In this document: positions 16,569 to 29,100 of the stretch, one piece after another
How the letters are laid out: each line of letters opens with the position of its first letter
Numbering within the stretch: position 1 is the stretch's first letter
NCBI GenBank assembly: GCA_026004535.1
Contig: BPJI01000001.1
Span: 15,915 to 79,914, forward strand
DNA from: Candidatus Parcubacteria bacterium
GTDB taxonomy: Bacteria > Patescibacteriota > Minisyncoccia > UBA6257 > HR35
Direction of reading: 5' to 3'
Length of the DNA: 64,000 nt
Notes under the pieces: generated by a model
Databases searched by the model: none
Told to the model about the DNA's origin: nothing
What the model saw: only the letters and a program-made list of their open reading frames with translations
Program-made: the position numbers and the translations under genes

Positions 16569-19500
16569 TTAACCTTTAATAACTCCAATTGGTACTAATT
16601 TTACTACTTTTTTAGCAATCCCAATATTATGGACAACATCGACAACCGCAGAGACATCTTTATAAGCAATTGGTGCTTCCTCGGCCAAGCCTGACATACT
16701 TCCAGCAGCAACTGAAATTCCTCTTCCTTCCAATTCTTTTTTTAATTCACTTCCTCTTATTTTTCTTTTTGCTTCAGCTCTTGACATCATTCTACCTGCA
16801 CCATGAGGTGCTGAACCAAAAGAAATTTCTTTGGCTAATTCTTGACCAATTAAAACATAACTTGAAGTTCCCATCGATCCAGGAATCAATGTTGGCTGAC
16901 CAATTTGACGATATTTTTCAGGAAGCTCAGAATGACCTTGCCAAAAAGCCCTTGTTGCTCCTTTACGATGTACCAATAGCTTTTTATTATCATATTCTTC
17001 AATTTTCACAATATTATGAGCAACATCATAAACTTGTTTTAATTCAATTTCTTTACCAAAAACTTTTTTAAATGCTTTTCTTACTTCATAAGTAATAAGT
17101 TGTCTATTAGCAAAAGCAAAATTAGCTGAAGCTTTCATTGCTGATAAATAAGCTTGACCAAGTTCGTGGCTATAAGGAAAATAAGCCAATTCTCTATCAA
17201 CTAAGTCAATTCCTTGTTTATCTAAATATCTTAAAGCTTCGCGAATATAATCAGTTGCAACTTGATGGCCTAAGCCTCTTGAACCGCAATGAATTAAAAC
17301 ACAAACTTTATTTTTTTCTAAACCTAATTTTTTAGCAATTTCTTCATTCTTGTCTGTCGACCAGGCAGGAAAAATTTCAGCTACTCTTTGAATTTCAACA
17401 AAATGATTGCCAGCACCAATTGTTCCTAATTGATCCCTGCCCCGATCTTTAGCTGTTTTTGAAACCCTATCAGAATCTGCGCCTTCAATTTTTCCATAAC
17501 TTTCTGTTGCTTCTAAATCTTCTTTAGTAGCATAACCAATTTCATAAAGCCATTTTGCTCCTTCTTCTAAAACTTTTTTCATCTCATTATTATTCAATCT
17601 CCAAAAACCACCTCTACCAACACCTGAAGGAACTTCTTTAAAAATTTGTTCTGTTAATTTTGGTATTTTATCTTTAATTTCTTCATAATAAAAAGGAGAA
17701 ACTAAAAGACGAACGCCACAATTTGAAACAACAATATTATTAGCAATAAAATTGTGATCTGGATGGTCAATAGTTAAATCATAAACATAACCTGAATAAT
17801 TAATTTCTTCTATACCTTCTATTTCATCAATAACAAAATCACCATAAGAGTAAAATTTAATAAAATCTTTAAAAGAAAGAAAATTAAAAGCAATTCTTAC
17901 TTCACTTGCACCTTCCCAAATCGATCTTTCAATAAATCTTTCATTAATAAACTCACTAGAAAAAACTTTGACTAATTCTCTTTTAGAAACTCTGTTGATT
18001 AAATAATATTCTTTTATTTTGTTTCTTATATCCTGCCTTTGATTTTTTATTTTCTCTTTATATTTCAAATAAGCAAGAGCTAAGTTACTTAATTTTTGTT
18101 TTTCTTGATTATATTCAAAACCAATTGCTTCAAAAAATCTAATTAAATTCTTTGGCTCTGATTTAATTTGAAACCTTAAACCAATTGTTTTATTTTTTAT
18201 CCCTAATTCCTCCATAACTTTTATTTCTGACGTCTCGATGCCAAATTCTTTAAGCATATCTCTAATTTCTTGCATAAACTCTAAGCCATTATTTACTAAC
18301 TTTTTATTTTTATTAATATTTAAAACTAAAGCAGATAGATTAAATTTATGAAAAGCACTTGGAGAAGAAAGTTCAGCACCAAAAAACGAAGCCAAGAACA
18401 ACCTTTTTTGCCATAAAGGTAATTTTTTTAACCAATAAGGCAATTTAAATTCAACTTCTGTCTTTTTACCAATTGGATAACCCAAAGCTCCTAAAAGCAA
18501 AGCAAAACTTTTACTAATTCTTAAGCAATATTCTGTTCTTTCAAATTCACAATTTTTGCCATAAGTATTAATCAATTTATGTTTTTTCTTTCTTTTAACT
18601 ATTATTGAATTAACACCAATTTTTTCTAAATCTTTTTTTATTAGTTTTAAATCACCTAATTGACCCCATAAAGATAGATGATTAAAATTTTTAGGGATAT
18701 TTCCGTCGCCTAAGGCATAAGCAAAAATTTTAATAATATAAGGAAAAACAAATGAATCTGAATACAAAGGCAAGAGATTTTTTCTTTCTAAGTAATTAGT
18801 AATTTGAGCTAATTGATTGCCTTTTTTTGTTATACCATTTTTAGTACAAAATTCAATAAATTTTTCTTTACTTAAAATCAATATTCTTTTAGGCTTTTCA
18901 TACTTAACGCCTTTAAAGGGATAGGTTAATATTTTTTCTCCAATTTCTAAATTTTTAGCTTCCTTCATACCAAAAAGAGTATATATTGGATGATCTGGAG
19001 TTATTAAAATTTCATTTCCGAATTTTGTTTTAATTTTAAGAAGTTTTGTTTCTTTTCTCTTAAGATTTAAAATAATTTTTGCTTTTTCTAATTTTTTCTT
19101 TTTTTTGTTTAAAAGATAAACTTCAAAATCTTTATTTAAATCTTTAATTTCTAAATAAGTACCATTTTCTAAATTAACCAAAGTATCGGGATGAAGACAG
19201 TTGATATCAAAGCCAACACCGCCAGGAGAAACTGTGCCTTCTTTTCCCAGATCTGTAGCTAAAACACCACCAACGCAATTTGAAACCACAAAATTATTAG
19301 CAATAAAATTATGATCTTGATGATTAACAGTCAAATCATAAACATAATCTGAATAATCTACTTCTTCAATTTTTTCTATTTCATCAAAGCAAAAACCGCT
19401 ATTTGATAAAGCTTTTGTTTTAACAAAATCTCTTAAGCTAATAAATTTAGTTGGTACTTTAGGTTTTAAGTAATTCAAGTTATTATTTAATCGATAACAA

Positions 19501-21011
19501 ACATCTTCGATCCATCTTTGGGTAAACAATTCATTCTTCAACTTAGCTCCTATTTTTTGATAACTTAAACCTGAATTTAAAAACTGAAAGATTGAGTAAA
19601 TTAATTTCTCTCGCTCTAATAATATTTTTTTCTTAGCCCTTAAATAAATACTATAAATACTTGCTTTAGCCATTCTTCCTCGGTTATACTCATAACCTAT
19701 TTTTGACCAAAGATTCAAAAGTGATTCTAATTTGCTTGAAAAAACTAGTTCTAAAGAAATAGTTAAATTTCCATTTTTATCTTTTATTAGTCTTCTTTTA
19801 TTTATTTTTGTTGTTTCAACCCCAAATTCTTGACAAAGCTTGGCAATATCATTAAGAAAATCTAATCCATTTTTAACTAAATCAATTCTTTTGTTCATTG
19901 GATAAACAGGAGAATCAAAGCCAAATCTTCTTTTAAGACGACGATGAGGGGTTCTAAGTTCACAACCAAATAAAGTAGCTAAAAATAATCTTTTTTGCCA
20001 TAATGGTGCTTTAAAAATCCATTTAGGTACTCTGTATTTTTGATTAACTTTATTTCCTAATGGAGCACCTAAAGAAGCTAATAAAATTAAAAGACTTGAA
20101 GCATTAACATAAAATTCATAAGCTTTATATTTCCCATCCTTTATCCTTCTATAAATTTTTGAAGAATGATAGCCAATTTTTGATAAGTCTTCTTTAATCT
20201 CTAATAAATCTTCTTTTTCACCAACAAAAGATAAAACTCCGTCTTTCTTTTTACCAATAAAATTCATTGATCCATCACCAAAAATAAAAGCTAAAATTTT
20301 AATAACTTCTGGAAGTTTAGGATTGTCATAGGTTAGAGGTATGAGATTTTTTTCTTTTAATTTTTTTATAATAATTTTTAATGAATTTTTACTTTTAGAA
20401 GGATTGATTTTATTAAAAGTTTCTTTGATTGACTTTTCATCAACTATTATTTCTGAACCCGGTTTTTCAAAATGAACTCCTTCAAATCCACAAACAAGAA
20501 CTTCATCACCTATTTTTAAGTCTTCTATTTTTTTCATCCCATCCCAAGTAAAAATTGGATGGTCTTGGGTAGCAGTTATTTCTAAGCCAGATTTGGTAGT
20601 CAATTTAAATATTTTGTTATAAGGTTTTAATTTGTAAAACCTCAAAATATTGGCTTTGACTAATTTAGCTTTGCTTTTGTCAAAAAGGCAAATTTTTTCA
20701 TTTTTATATATTTTTTCAAAATCTTCAATATTTAAATAATAACCATAAGAACTTAAAATTTTAGTTCCTTTAATTAAACAAAAACCATAACCTTCATGAA
20801 CATCGGGCATAGCTAAAGCATACTTATAGGCCCCAGGTAAAGTTGCCATATTCACTAATTGCCATAAACTTTTATCTTCCAAAATATCATCCAGCATTTT
20901 TTCAGAAGCAAAAATCCGAGCAGGTACTTTCATATCTTCACGAAAACTTTGAGGAATTTCCCAAATATAATCTGAAACTTTAATTAAATCCTTTTTCTCT
21001 GGTTTTTTCAT
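16569..21011 (-). CDS. rtcB: RNA-splicing ligase RtcB. The precursor carries two full-length inteins. The start is assigned to the internal Met (MKKPEKKD), not the upstream extension.
   Basis: Extein motifs AMPDVHEGYGF | CVGGVLATD...GVGFDIN | CGVRLL are interrupted twice. Extein total is about 486 aa. Each insert begins with Cys, ends HNFIANN(F/I)VVSN, and is followed by Cys. Confidence 0.85.
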   Translation of the reverse strand: MKKPEKKDLIKVSDYIWEIPQSFREDMKVPARIFASEKMLDDILEDKSLWQLVNMATLPGAYKYALAMPDVHEGYGFCLIKGTKILSSYGYYLNIEDFEKIYKNEKICLFDKSKAKLVKANILRFYKLKPYNKIFKLTTKSGLEITATQDHPIFTWDGMKKIEDLKIGDEVLVCGFEGVHFEKPGSEIIVDEKSIKETFNKINPSKSKNSLKIIIKKLKEKNLIPLTYDNPKLPEVIKILAFIFGDGSMNFIGKKKDGVLSFVGEKEDLLEIKEDLSKIGYHSSKIYRRIKDGKYKAYEFYVNASSLLILLASLGAPLGNKVNQKYRVPKWIFKAPLWQKRLFLATLFGCELRTPHRRLKRRFGFDSPVYPMNKRIDLVKNGLDFLNDIAKLCQEFGVETTKINKRRLIKDKNGNLTISLELVFSSKLESLLNLWSKIGYEYNRGRMAKASIYSIYLRAKKKILLEREKLIYSIFQFLNSGLSYQKIGAKLKNELFTQRWIEDVCYRLNNNLNYLKPKVPTKFISLRDFVKTKALSNSGFCFDEIEKIEEVDYSDYVYDLTVNHQDHNFIANNFVVSNCVGGVLATDLGKEGTVSPGGVGFDINCLHPDTLVNLENGTYLEIKDLNKDFEVYLLNKKKKKLEKAKIILNLKRKETKLLKIKTKFGNEILITPDHPIYTLFGMKEAKNLEIGEKILTYPFKGVKYEKPKRILILSKEKFIEFCTKNGITKKGNQLAQITNYLERKNLLPLYSDSFVFPYIIKIFAYALGDGNIPKNFNHLSLWGQLGDLKLIKKDLEKIGVNSIIVKRKKKHKLINTYGKNCEFERTEYCLRISKSFALLLGALGYPIGKKTEVEFKLPYWLKKLPLWQKRLFLASFFGAELSSPSAFHKFNLSALVLNINKNKKLVNNGLEFMQEIRDMLKEFGIETSEIKVMEELGIKNKTIGLRFQIKSEPKNLIRFFEAIGFEYNQEKQKLSNLALAYLKYKEKIKNQRQDIRNKIKEYYLINRVSKRELVKVFSSEFINERFIERSIWEGASEVRIAFNFLSFKDFIKFYSYGDFVIDEIEGIEEINYSGYVYDLTIDHPDHNFIANNIVVSNCGVRLLVSPFYYEEIKDKIPKLTEQIFKEVPSGVGRGGFWRLNNNEMKKVLEEGAKWLYEIGYATKEDLEATESYGKIEGADSDRVSKTAKDRGRDQLGTIGAGNHFVEIQRVAEIFPAWSTDKNEEIAKKLGLEKNKVCVLIHCGSRGLGHQVATDYIREALRYLDKQGIDLVDRELAYFPYSHELGQAYLSAMKASANFAFANRQLITYEVRKAFKKVFGKEIELKQVYDVAHNIVKIEEYDNKKLLVHRKGATRAFWQGHSELPEKYRQIGQPTLIPGSMGTSSYVLIGQELAKEISFGSAPHGAGRMMSRAEAKRKIRGSELKKELEGRGISVAAGSMSGLAEEAPIAYKDVSAVVDVVHNIGIAKKVVKLVPIGVIKG
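17721..19199 (-). mobile_element. Intein 2 in RtcB (about 493 aa) with a LAGLIDADG homing endonuclease domain. It is paralogous to intein 1.
   Basis: N-terminal C-LHPD. FAYALGDGNIP. C-terminal DHPDHNFIANNIVVSN + C. The C-terminal about 70 nt are near-identical to intein 1. Confidence 0.75.
19278..20780 (-). mobile_element. Intein 1 in RtcB (about 501 aa) with a LAGLIDADG homing endonuclease domain.
   Basis: N-terminal C-LIKG. LAGLIDADG-type ILAFIFGDGSM. C-terminal DHNFIANNFVVSN followed by extein Cys (tgc at 19275-19277). Confidence 0.75.
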
Positions 21012-21027
21012 AATATAATAATTATAA

Positions 21028-22395
21028 ATGGATAAGAAATTATGGCAGATAATTGAAAAAGAAATAAAAAGGCAAGAAGAAACTTTAGATCTCATTCCCT
21101 CAGAAAATTTTGTTGACTTAGAAACCCTATTTATAGTTGGTTCCCCTTTAATGAATAAATATGCTGAAGGTTATCCTGGTAAAAGATATTATCCGGGAAA
21201 TAAATTTATTGATGAAATTGAAAATTTGGCTAAAGAAAGAGCTTTAAAGGTTTTTAAGTTAAATCCTAATGAGTGGGCAGTCAACGTTCAGCCTTATTCA
21301 GGTTCACCAGCAAATTTAGCTGTTTATTTAGCTTTAGCTGAACCAGGAGAGACAATAATGGGATTAAATCTGTTTCATGGTGGTCATTTAACTCATGGCC
21401 ATAAAGTTAGTTATACTGGTAAATTATTTAAATCAGTTCAATATGGAGTTAATCCTCAAACTGAAACAATTGATTATGAAGAATTAGAAAAATTAGTTTT
21501 GGAATATAAACCAAAAATCATTATTTCAGGAACAACTGCTTATCCAAGAACAATTGATTTTAAAAGAATTGGAGAAATTGCTAAAAAAGTCGGAGCTTAT
21601 CATGTTGCTGATACTTCGCATATTGCTGGTTTAGTTATTGCTAATTTGCATCCTTCTCCATTTTCCTTTGCTGATATAGTTACAATGACAACTCATAAAA
21701 CTTTAAGAGGACCAAGAGGAGCAGTTATTTTTATGAGGAAAGAACTTGAAGAAAAAATTAATAAATCTGTTTTTCCTGGTCTTCAAGGAGGACCACATAT
21801 GCAGACAATTGCTGGAATTGCTTATGCTTTTGGTCGAGCTTTGAAAAAAGATTTTTTTAATTATCAAAAACAAATAGTTAAAAATGCAAAATTTTTAGCT
21901 GAAGAACTTAAAAAAAGAGGCTTTAAATTATATACTGATGGAACCGATAATCATTTAATGATAGTTGACCTAAAACCTTTAACTCAAACTTCCTTAGGAT
22001 GCATGCAGACTAAAGCATATAGTAAACAGAACTACAACAAATTAACGCAGAAATTAGATAAAAATTCAAATTCTACTCAATCTATAGGGAAAATTGCTGA
22101 AACTCTTTTAGAAAGAGCAAATATTATCGCCAATCGTAATTCTTTACCTTCGGATACTTCACCCTTCAATCCTACTGGTATTAGATTAGGTACACCAGCA
22201 GTCACTAGTCGAGGAATGAAAGAAAAAGAAATGAAACTTATTGCTGAATTTTTTGAAAGAATCTTAATTAAAAAAGAAAAGCCAGAGAGAATTAAAAAAG
22301 AAGTTATTAAATTAGTAAAGAATTTTCCTTTGCCTTATAGAAAATGGCTGATTAGATTACATTTACTACCTTCTTCCAGATTTTTTTACCACTAA
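21028..22395 (+). CDS. glyA: Serine hydroxymethyltransferase. It carries an in-frame about 30 aa insertion from a palindromic element.
   Basis: SHMT motifs [16 protein letters not shown] and [11 protein letters not shown]. The insertion [34 protein letters not shown] sits between conserved DLKP and IGKIAE. Confidence 0.85.
   Translation: MDKKLWQIIEKEIKRQEETLDLIPSENFVDLETLFIVGSPLMNKYAEGYPGKRYYPGNKFIDEIENLAKERALKVFKLNPNEWAVNVQPYSGSPANLAVYLALAEPGETIMGLNLFHGGHLTHGHKVSYTGKLFKSVQYGVNPQTETIDYEELEKLVLEYKPKIIISGTTAYPRTIDFKRIGEIAKKVGAYHVADTSHIAGLVIANLHPSPFSFADIVTMTTHKTLRGPRGAVIFMRKELEEKINKSVFPGLQGGPHMQTIAGIAYAFGRALKKDFFNYQKQIVKNAKFLAEELKKRGFKLYTDGTDNHLMIVDLKPLTQTSLGCMQTKAYSKQNYNKLTQKLDKNSNSTQSIGKIAETLLERANIIANRNSLPSDTSPFNPTGIRLGTPAVTSRGMKEKEMKLIAEFFERILIKKEKPERIKKEVIKLVKNFPLPYRKWLIRLHLLPSSRFFYH
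21985..22085. repeat. Palindromic element copy PE3, in-frame inside glyA.
   Basis: cagaactacaacaaattaacgcagaaatta is homologous to cagaactttacagaacttacgcagaactta (PE1, same frame). The encoded [10 protein letters not shown] matches QNFTELTQNL. Confidence 0.5.
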
Positions 22396-22624
22396 AAGTT
22401 GTTTTTCTAATCGTTTTAAATTTTACTTTTCCCTCTTTTAAAGCATAAATAGTATCATCATCAGCTAGGGCGACATTTTTCCCAGGCAAAAATTTTGTTC
22501 CCCTTTGACGAACAATAATGTATCCAGGTTTTACAATTTGACCATCAAAAACCTTAACGCCTAAATATTTTGGTTTGGAATCTTTTCCGGCTCTAGCTGT
22601 TTTTCCTGACTTTTTCTGAGCCAT
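22352..22624 (-). CDS. rpmA: Ribosomal protein L27.
   Basis: [24 protein letters not shown]...[10 protein letters not shown] matches L27. Its 5' end overlaps the rpoC 3' end by 64 bp. Confidence 0.8.
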   Translation of the reverse strand: MAQKKSGKTARAGKDSKPKYLGVKVFDGQIVKPGYIIVRQRGTKFLPGKNVALADDDTIYALKEGKVKFKTIRKTTFSGKKIWKKVVNVI

Positions 22625-25600
22625 TGTCTAAATTCTTCGCCAATTAATGGCTTACGACCAATAATAATGTTTTCTTTAATTCCTCTTAAAGGATCATCGC
22701 GACATTCTAGAGCTGCTCTAACTAAAGCTCTAGCAGTTTCTTGAAATGAAGCTGAAGATAAAAAGCTATAAGCAGTTAAAGCAACATTTTTAATTCCCGT
22801 TAAAAGCAAAATACCTTTAGCTAATTTTTTACCTTCAGCCTTTAATCTCTTGTTTTCCTCTAAGAACATATCTTTTTCCACAATTTCATCAACTACAAAC
22901 TCACTCTCGCCTGGATCAATTACTCTTACCCGAGAAAACATTTTTCGTATAACGATTTCAACATATTTGTTATGAATTCCTGCACCTTGAGGATTATAAA
23001 TTTTCTTAACCTCCTCTAAAACATACTTAAAAGCTTCTAATTTACCGCGGTTAGTATAAATTTTTTTAGGGTCAGCTAAACCTTCATTTAAAATATCACC
23101 ACGATTTATTTTATCTCCCTTCTTAACCAAAAGTCTAAATTTTCTTGGAATCTTTATTTCAATTGTTTCCTTTTTCTCAGTCTTTTTATTTTTGACTACA
23201 ATTTGTAAAACATAATATTTTGGGGTATCAAGTATATTTTTAACCTTACCGGAAAATGGAGCAATAATGCTCTCCATTCTTGGCTGTCGAGCTTCAAAAA
23301 TTTCTTCAACACGAGGAAGCCCCAAAGTAATATCACCGGCAGTAATAACACCACCATAGTGGAAAGTTCTCATTGTCAATTGCGTACCAGGTTCACCAAT
23401 TGATTGAGCCGCAATGATGCCAATGGCTTCACCAAGTTTAATTAATTGATTATTGCCCAAATCTAAACCAAAACATTTTTGACAAATACCATACAAAGTT
23501 TTACAAGTAAATGGCGAACGAACTCTAATTTTTTCTATACCGGCTTCTTCAATTTTTTTAGCTATTTCTCTAGTTATGATTTCATCTTTATTAACTAAAA
23601 TATTGCCATCTTTATCTTTAACCGTCTCCAAACTAAACCTTGAATAAATTTGTTCAGCAAATCTATCACCAACTTTTTGACATTCATTTTTGTCAATAAC
23701 AATACCGGACTCATCACCACAATCAACTTCTTTAATAATCAAATCATGTAAAGCATCAACTAATCGGCGAGTTAAATAACCTGAACGTGGAGTTTTTAAG
23801 GCTTTATCAGCTGCTCCTTTTCTTGCTCCATGAGTACTAATAAAATATTCTAATGGAGAAAAGCCTTTTTTATAAGAAGAGACAATTGGTAAATCAATTG
23901 CTTCACCAGTTGGTTTAGCTACAATACCCTTAACTGCTGTCATTTGAAGAAGCTGAGGATAACTACCTCGACCACCAGAATCAATCATGATTCTTGGATT
24001 ACTTAATGGCGATGTTTCCTTTTTTAAACTACTGGTAATGTCTTTATTGGCTAAACTCCAAATTTCTTCTAATTGAGCTCTTTTTTCGCTTTCACTTATC
24101 CAACCAGCTTGATAGGCACTAAGAATTTTTTTATGTCGCTCAAGACATTCATTAATTATCTTTTCCAAATTAGAAGGAGTAACCAGATCATCAACACCTA
24201 AAGTTAAACCACTCAAGGTTGAATATCTAAAACCAAGTTCTTTCAGGCTATCTAGGATAAAGGCCAATCTCTCACCGCCATATTGATTAAAAAGTTCATG
24301 AATTAATTCGGCGATTGTGTCTTTGCTGATAACCTCATTAACAAAACGAAAATCAGTAGGCAAGTTTTGATTAAAAATTAATCGGCCAACCGATGTTTCA
24401 ACATTTTTCTCGTTCTTAATTTCATTAATAATAATTTTAGCCTGTAAATCTAATTGATTAATTGAATAAAGATAAATAGCTGTTTTGGGGTCTAAAATTT
24501 TTCCTTCACCCTTTTTACCTTCAGTAATATAAGTTAGGTAATATAAACCACTTAACATATCGTGTCTTGGCTTAACAATTGGATCACCAGTTGCAGGTTT
24601 GAATAAAGTTTTATTGGCAGACATAATTTCTCTGGCTTCTTTTTGAGCCTTAGTTGAAAGAGGCAAAAAGACTCCCATTTGATCTCCATCAAAATCAGCA
24701 TTATAACCCTCACAAACTAGAGGAGGAATTCTAATTGCTAAACCCTCAGTTAAAACAGGCTTGAAAGCTAAAAAACTTAATTTATGTAAAGTCGGTGGAC
24801 GATTAAGTAAAACATATTTATTTTGAACGGCTCTTTCTAAAGCAGCCAAAGCATCGGGATCTTGAATTTCAATCAGATAACTAGCTTGTTTATTTGTCTG
24901 CACCTTGTTTTCTTTCAAAAGTTCATAAATCACAAAAGGTTTAAAAATTTCAAAGGCAAGTTTTTTGGGTAAGCCACATTCATCAATCCTTAACTTTGGA
25001 TCAACAACAATAACTGATCTACCTGAATAATCAACCCTTTTACCTAAAAGATTTTGCCTAAATCTTCCCTCTTTACCTTTTAAATTATCAGCTAATGATT
25101 TAATAACTTTACGCTTACCGATTGTTATTTGGGTCTTTTTACGAGAGATATCAATTAAAGTATCAACAGCTTCCTGAAGCATTCTTTTTTCATTTCTTAA
25201 AATTATTTCTGGAGTTTTAAGGTCAATTAATTTTTTAAGTCGATTGTTGCGATTAATTATTCGTCGATAAAGATCGTTTAAATCTGAAGAGGTATATTTA
25301 CCACCAGCTAATTGGACAATTGGCCTTAGATCAGGAGGAATAACGGGCAAAACAGTAAATATCATCCATTCAGGACGACGATTATGCTTAATAAAAGCAT
25401 TAACAAATCTTAATTTCAAAGAAAGATTCTTTTTTTCAATACCAGTCGCTTTGGGCAGTTTCTTTAAAATATCTTTTCTCATTTCTTCTAAATCAATCTC
25501 TTCTAGAAATCTACGAATTGGTTCAACACCAATACCAACTTCAAAAGTATTAGGATATTTACGAGAAAAATAGAAATATTCAGTATCAGAAAGAACCTTT

Positions 25601-26169
25601 TTAACCTGAATTGTTTTTAATTCTTCTTTAATTTGATTAAAAATAATTGTTTTTTGCTTTTTCTCTTCCCTTGATTCAGCCTTAGCCATAAATTCTTTAT
25701 ATTCTTTCTCAATTTCAGTTAAAATTCTTTTTTTCTCTTCCTCATTAACACGAGTAATAATATAAGCAGAATAGTAAATAACTTTTTCTAATTGATATAA
25801 AGGAATGTCTAAAAATAGTTTCAAAGGATAAGGATAAACTTTTAGGAACCAAATGTGAGCACAAGGAGAGACTAAAGTAATATGCCCCATTCTTTCCCGC
25901 CTAACTGAAGAGTGAGTAACCTCAACTCCACATCTTTCGCAAACTATGCCCTTAACTTGAGGATTTTTATATTTACCACAAGCACATTCATAGTTTTTCA
26001 TTGGACCAAAAATTACTTCCGAGAAAAGACCAAGTCTTTCTGGCTTACCAGTTCGATAATTAATTGTCTCTGGCCTTAAAACTTCTCCCTTGCTCCAAGT
26101 TAAAATCTCCTCAGGCGAAGCAATCTTTAAAACTAATTTTTCAATTTCGGTTGTAGAAATATTTCTCAT
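22561..26169 (-). CDS. rpoC: DNA-directed RNA polymerase subunit beta'.
   Basis: Zn-finger CACGKY...CERCGVEV. Catalytic [11 protein letters not shown]. Length 1202 aa. Confidence 0.9.
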   Translation of the reverse strand: MRNISTTEIEKLVLKIASPEEILTWSKGEVLRPETINYRTGKPERLGLFSEVIFGPMKNYECACGKYKNPQVKGIVCERCGVEVTHSSVRRERMGHITLVSPCAHIWFLKVYPYPLKLFLDIPLYQLEKVIYYSAYIITRVNEEEKKRILTEIEKEYKEFMAKAESREEKKQKTIIFNQIKEELKTIQVKKVLSDTEYFYFSRKYPNTFEVGIGVEPIRRFLEEIDLEEMRKDILKKLPKATGIEKKNLSLKLRFVNAFIKHNRRPEWMIFTVLPVIPPDLRPIVQLAGGKYTSSDLNDLYRRIINRNNRLKKLIDLKTPEIILRNEKRMLQEAVDTLIDISRKKTQITIGKRKVIKSLADNLKGKEGRFRQNLLGKRVDYSGRSVIVVDPKLRIDECGLPKKLAFEIFKPFVIYELLKENKVQTNKQASYLIEIQDPDALAALERAVQNKYVLLNRPPTLHKLSFLAFKPVLTEGLAIRIPPLVCEGYNADFDGDQMGVFLPLSTKAQKEAREIMSANKTLFKPATGDPIVKPRHDMLSGLYYLTYITEGKKGEGKILDPKTAIYLYSINQLDLQAKIIINEIKNEKNVETSVGRLIFNQNLPTDFRFVNEVISKDTIAELIHELFNQYGGERLAFILDSLKELGFRYSTLSGLTLGVDDLVTPSNLEKIINECLERHKKILSAYQAGWISESEKRAQLEEIWSLANKDITSSLKKETSPLSNPRIMIDSGGRGSYPQLLQMTAVKGIVAKPTGEAIDLPIVSSYKKGFSPLEYFISTHGARKGAADKALKTPRSGYLTRRLVDALHDLIIKEVDCGDESGIVIDKNECQKVGDRFAEQIYSRFSLETVKDKDGNILVNKDEIITREIAKKIEEAGIEKIRVRSPFTCKTLYGICQKCFGLDLGNNQLIKLGEAIGIIAAQSIGEPGTQLTMRTFHYGGVITAGDITLGLPRVEEIFEARQPRMESIIAPFSGKVKNILDTPKYYVLQIVVKNKKTEKKETIEIKIPRKFRLLVKKGDKINRGDILNEGLADPKKIYTNRGKLEAFKYVLEEVKKIYNPQGAGIHNKYVEIVIRKMFSRVRVIDPGESEFVVDEIVEKDMFLEENKRLKAEGKKLAKGILLLTGIKNVALTAYSFLSSASFQETARALVRAALECRDDPLRGIKENIIIGRKPLIGEEFRQWLRKSQEKQLEPEKIPNQNI

Positions 26170-29100
26170 TCTTGTTTAATTTCTTTAACTTGGACTTTTT
26201 CAATTTCTGGCGATTTTTCTTTTTCTTCTTCTTGACGATAATGAATTTCAATATTTAAACCTAAACCTCTAAGTTCATTAATTAAAACATTAAAAATAGC
26301 TGGCGAGGAAGTGGTTTCGACATCTTCGCCTTTAGTTATTCTTTCATAAGTCAAATGACGACCACGAATATCATCAGATTTAATTGTCAATGTTTCATGT
26401 AAGATTTCTGTTGCTCCATGCGCTTCAAAAGCCCACATTTCCATTTCACCAACTCTTTGACCCCCAGCCTGGGCTCGACCACCCAATGGTTGTTGAGTAA
26501 TTAGAGAGTAAGGACCAGAAGAACGAGCGTGGATCTTGTCTTCAACCATATGAATTAACTTCATCACAGTCATATAACCAACAACAACTCTTTGAGCAAA
26601 TGGTTCACCAGTTAAACCGTCATAAAGCATTGTTTTACCATCTTCAGGAAGTCCTGCTTTTCTTAATTCCTCTTTAATTTCTTCTGGTGTAACGCCCGAA
26701 AATGGAGGAATTACTGCTCGATAACCTAATTTTTTAGCTGCCAAACCCAAATGAGTCTCTAAAATCTGGCCAAGATTCATTCTTGAAATTACTCCGAGGG
26801 GATTTAAGATAATATCTAATCTTCGGCCATCAGGTAAAAATGGCATATCTTCCTCTTTAGCAATGAGCGAAATTACTCCTTTATTACCATGACGATTGGC
26901 TAATTTGTCACCAACCTGAATTTTTCTTAATTTACCAATTTCAACAAAGATCCTTTTCAAGACGCCTAATTCAGTAATTTCACCTTTGCTTCTTTCTAAA
27001 ATTCTTATCTTAATTACCCTTCCCTCTTTGCCTTGTTCTAAATACAAAGATGAATCTTTCTTTTCCTCAGCTTTTTCTCCAAAAATTGCCTTTAATAATT
27101 TTTCTTCTGGTGTCAGGGTTACCTCTCTTTTAGGAGTAATCTTACCAACTAAAATATCTCCGGGCTTAACCCAAGTACCAACTCTTACTAAACCATCAAC
27201 ATCTAGATTCTTTAATTTAGCCTCGGGCACACCAGGAATATCTGAAGTTGTCATTTCTGGCCCTAAACGAGTATCTAAAACATCAATTGAAAATTCTTCT
27301 AAATAAACAGATGAGAAAATATCTTCTTTTAACAATCTTTCAGAAATAATAATCGCATCTTCGTAATTATATCCATACCAAGACAAAAAACCAACCAAAA
27401 GATTTTGACCTAGGGCCAAAGTGCTATCTTTAATTGCTGGGCCATCAGTTAAAATATCACCTTTTTTAACTTTTTGACCGAGCTTAACAATTGGTTTTTG
27501 ATTATAACAAGTAAATTTAGATGTTCTTTCAAATTTTTTCAATTGATAAACCTTTTTACTGTAACCTCTAGCTGTTTTCACTCTTAAGGTAATATGATCA
27601 GCATCAACTTCAATCACCTCACCGTCTTCCTCAGCAATTAAAACCAAACCTGAATCACGAGCAACTTTTTCCTCTAAACCAGTTGAAACCAAAGGAATAT
27701 CCGGCTTAACTAAAGGTACGGCTTGTTTTTGCATATTTGTTCCCATTTGAGCACGATTAGCATCATTATGTTCACCAAAAGGAATTAAAGAAGTTGAGGC
27801 TGAAAAAATCTGAAAAGGCGAAACATCAATAAACTCAACTTTTTCTCTTTCAATTATTGTTGGCTCGCCTTTAACTCGAGCCTCAACATCTTTTTCTAAA
27901 ATATTTCCTTTATCGTCTATCTTTACAAATCTTGAAGCAATAACATGCTCTTTCTCTTCAGCCGCAGTTAACCAAACTATTTCATTAGTTACTTTGCCAT
28001 TAATGACTTTAAAATAGGGTGTTTCTAAAAAGCCATAAGGATTTCTTCGGCTATATAAAGCCTTAGCTAAGTTAATACCAACGTTTTGACCTTCAACTGG
28101 AGTATGAATTGGGCAAATTTTGCCGTAATGAGTTGGATGAACATCTCTAGCCTCTAGCGTTGCTCTTTCTTTAGTTAAGCCTCCTGGACCACCAGCAGTC
28201 AATTTTCTTTTATGTTCAACTTCAGCTAAAGGATTGGTCTGGTCTAAAATTTGAGAAAGTTGTGAAGTATTAAAAAACTCAATTAAACTATTCAAAAATT
28301 TTCTTGGATAAACAACTTGTGAGGGCATTAAGGCTTGAGTACGATCGACAGAGCTCATTCTATCTTGAATATCTTTTTTAAGTCTAACAATACCAATTCT
28401 AGCTTGATTTTCCAAAAGTTCGCCAACATCACGGACACGTCGATTATATAGAGAATCAACTTCGTCAGCTTCAGCTAAAGGATCATTATTTAAACGAACG
28501 ATTTCTTTTAATGTTTCTAGAATATCTTCTTTTTCTAAAGTTAAAGATTGAGAATTTCTTTTAAGTCTTCGGTTTAAATGATAACGGCCAATATCAAAAA
28601 GATTGTAACGACCAAGATTTAAGAATGTCGATTCAAAATAAAAAACAGCATTATCATAGGTATTAGGTTCAAAAGATTTTAATTTACGATGGATTTCTAA
28701 AAGAGCCTCTTCTTTTGTTTGAGTTTCATCTTTTTTTAGTGTATTATCAATTAAATCAAATTCATCCTTGATTCCCTTAAAAGCTTCTAAAATTTCTTCA
28801 TTATTTTCATAACCAAAGGCTTTAAGCAAAATAGTGGCATAGACTTTTTTACGACGATCGATTCTGACAGTAATAACATTAGTTGGCTCAGTTTGAAATT
28901 CAAGCCAAGCTCCTTGTTGAGGTAAAATTTTAGCACCAAATTTTTTAGATTCACCGTAAATAAGATAGTTAAAATAAATTCCTGGAGAGCGGAGAAGTTG
29001 ATTGACAATTACTCTTTCGATACCATTAATAATGAAAGAACAATTTTTAGTCATAATCGGAATTTCACCGAAAAATATTTTTTGTGTTCTTTCCTCTCTA

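Noticed and set aside
16569-21095. Use of the upstream 28-codon extension ([13 protein letters not shown]...) as the RtcB start.
   Set aside because: The extension is hydrophobic junk that would overlap the glyA start. The RtcB family N-terminus aligns from MKKPEKKD at 21011.
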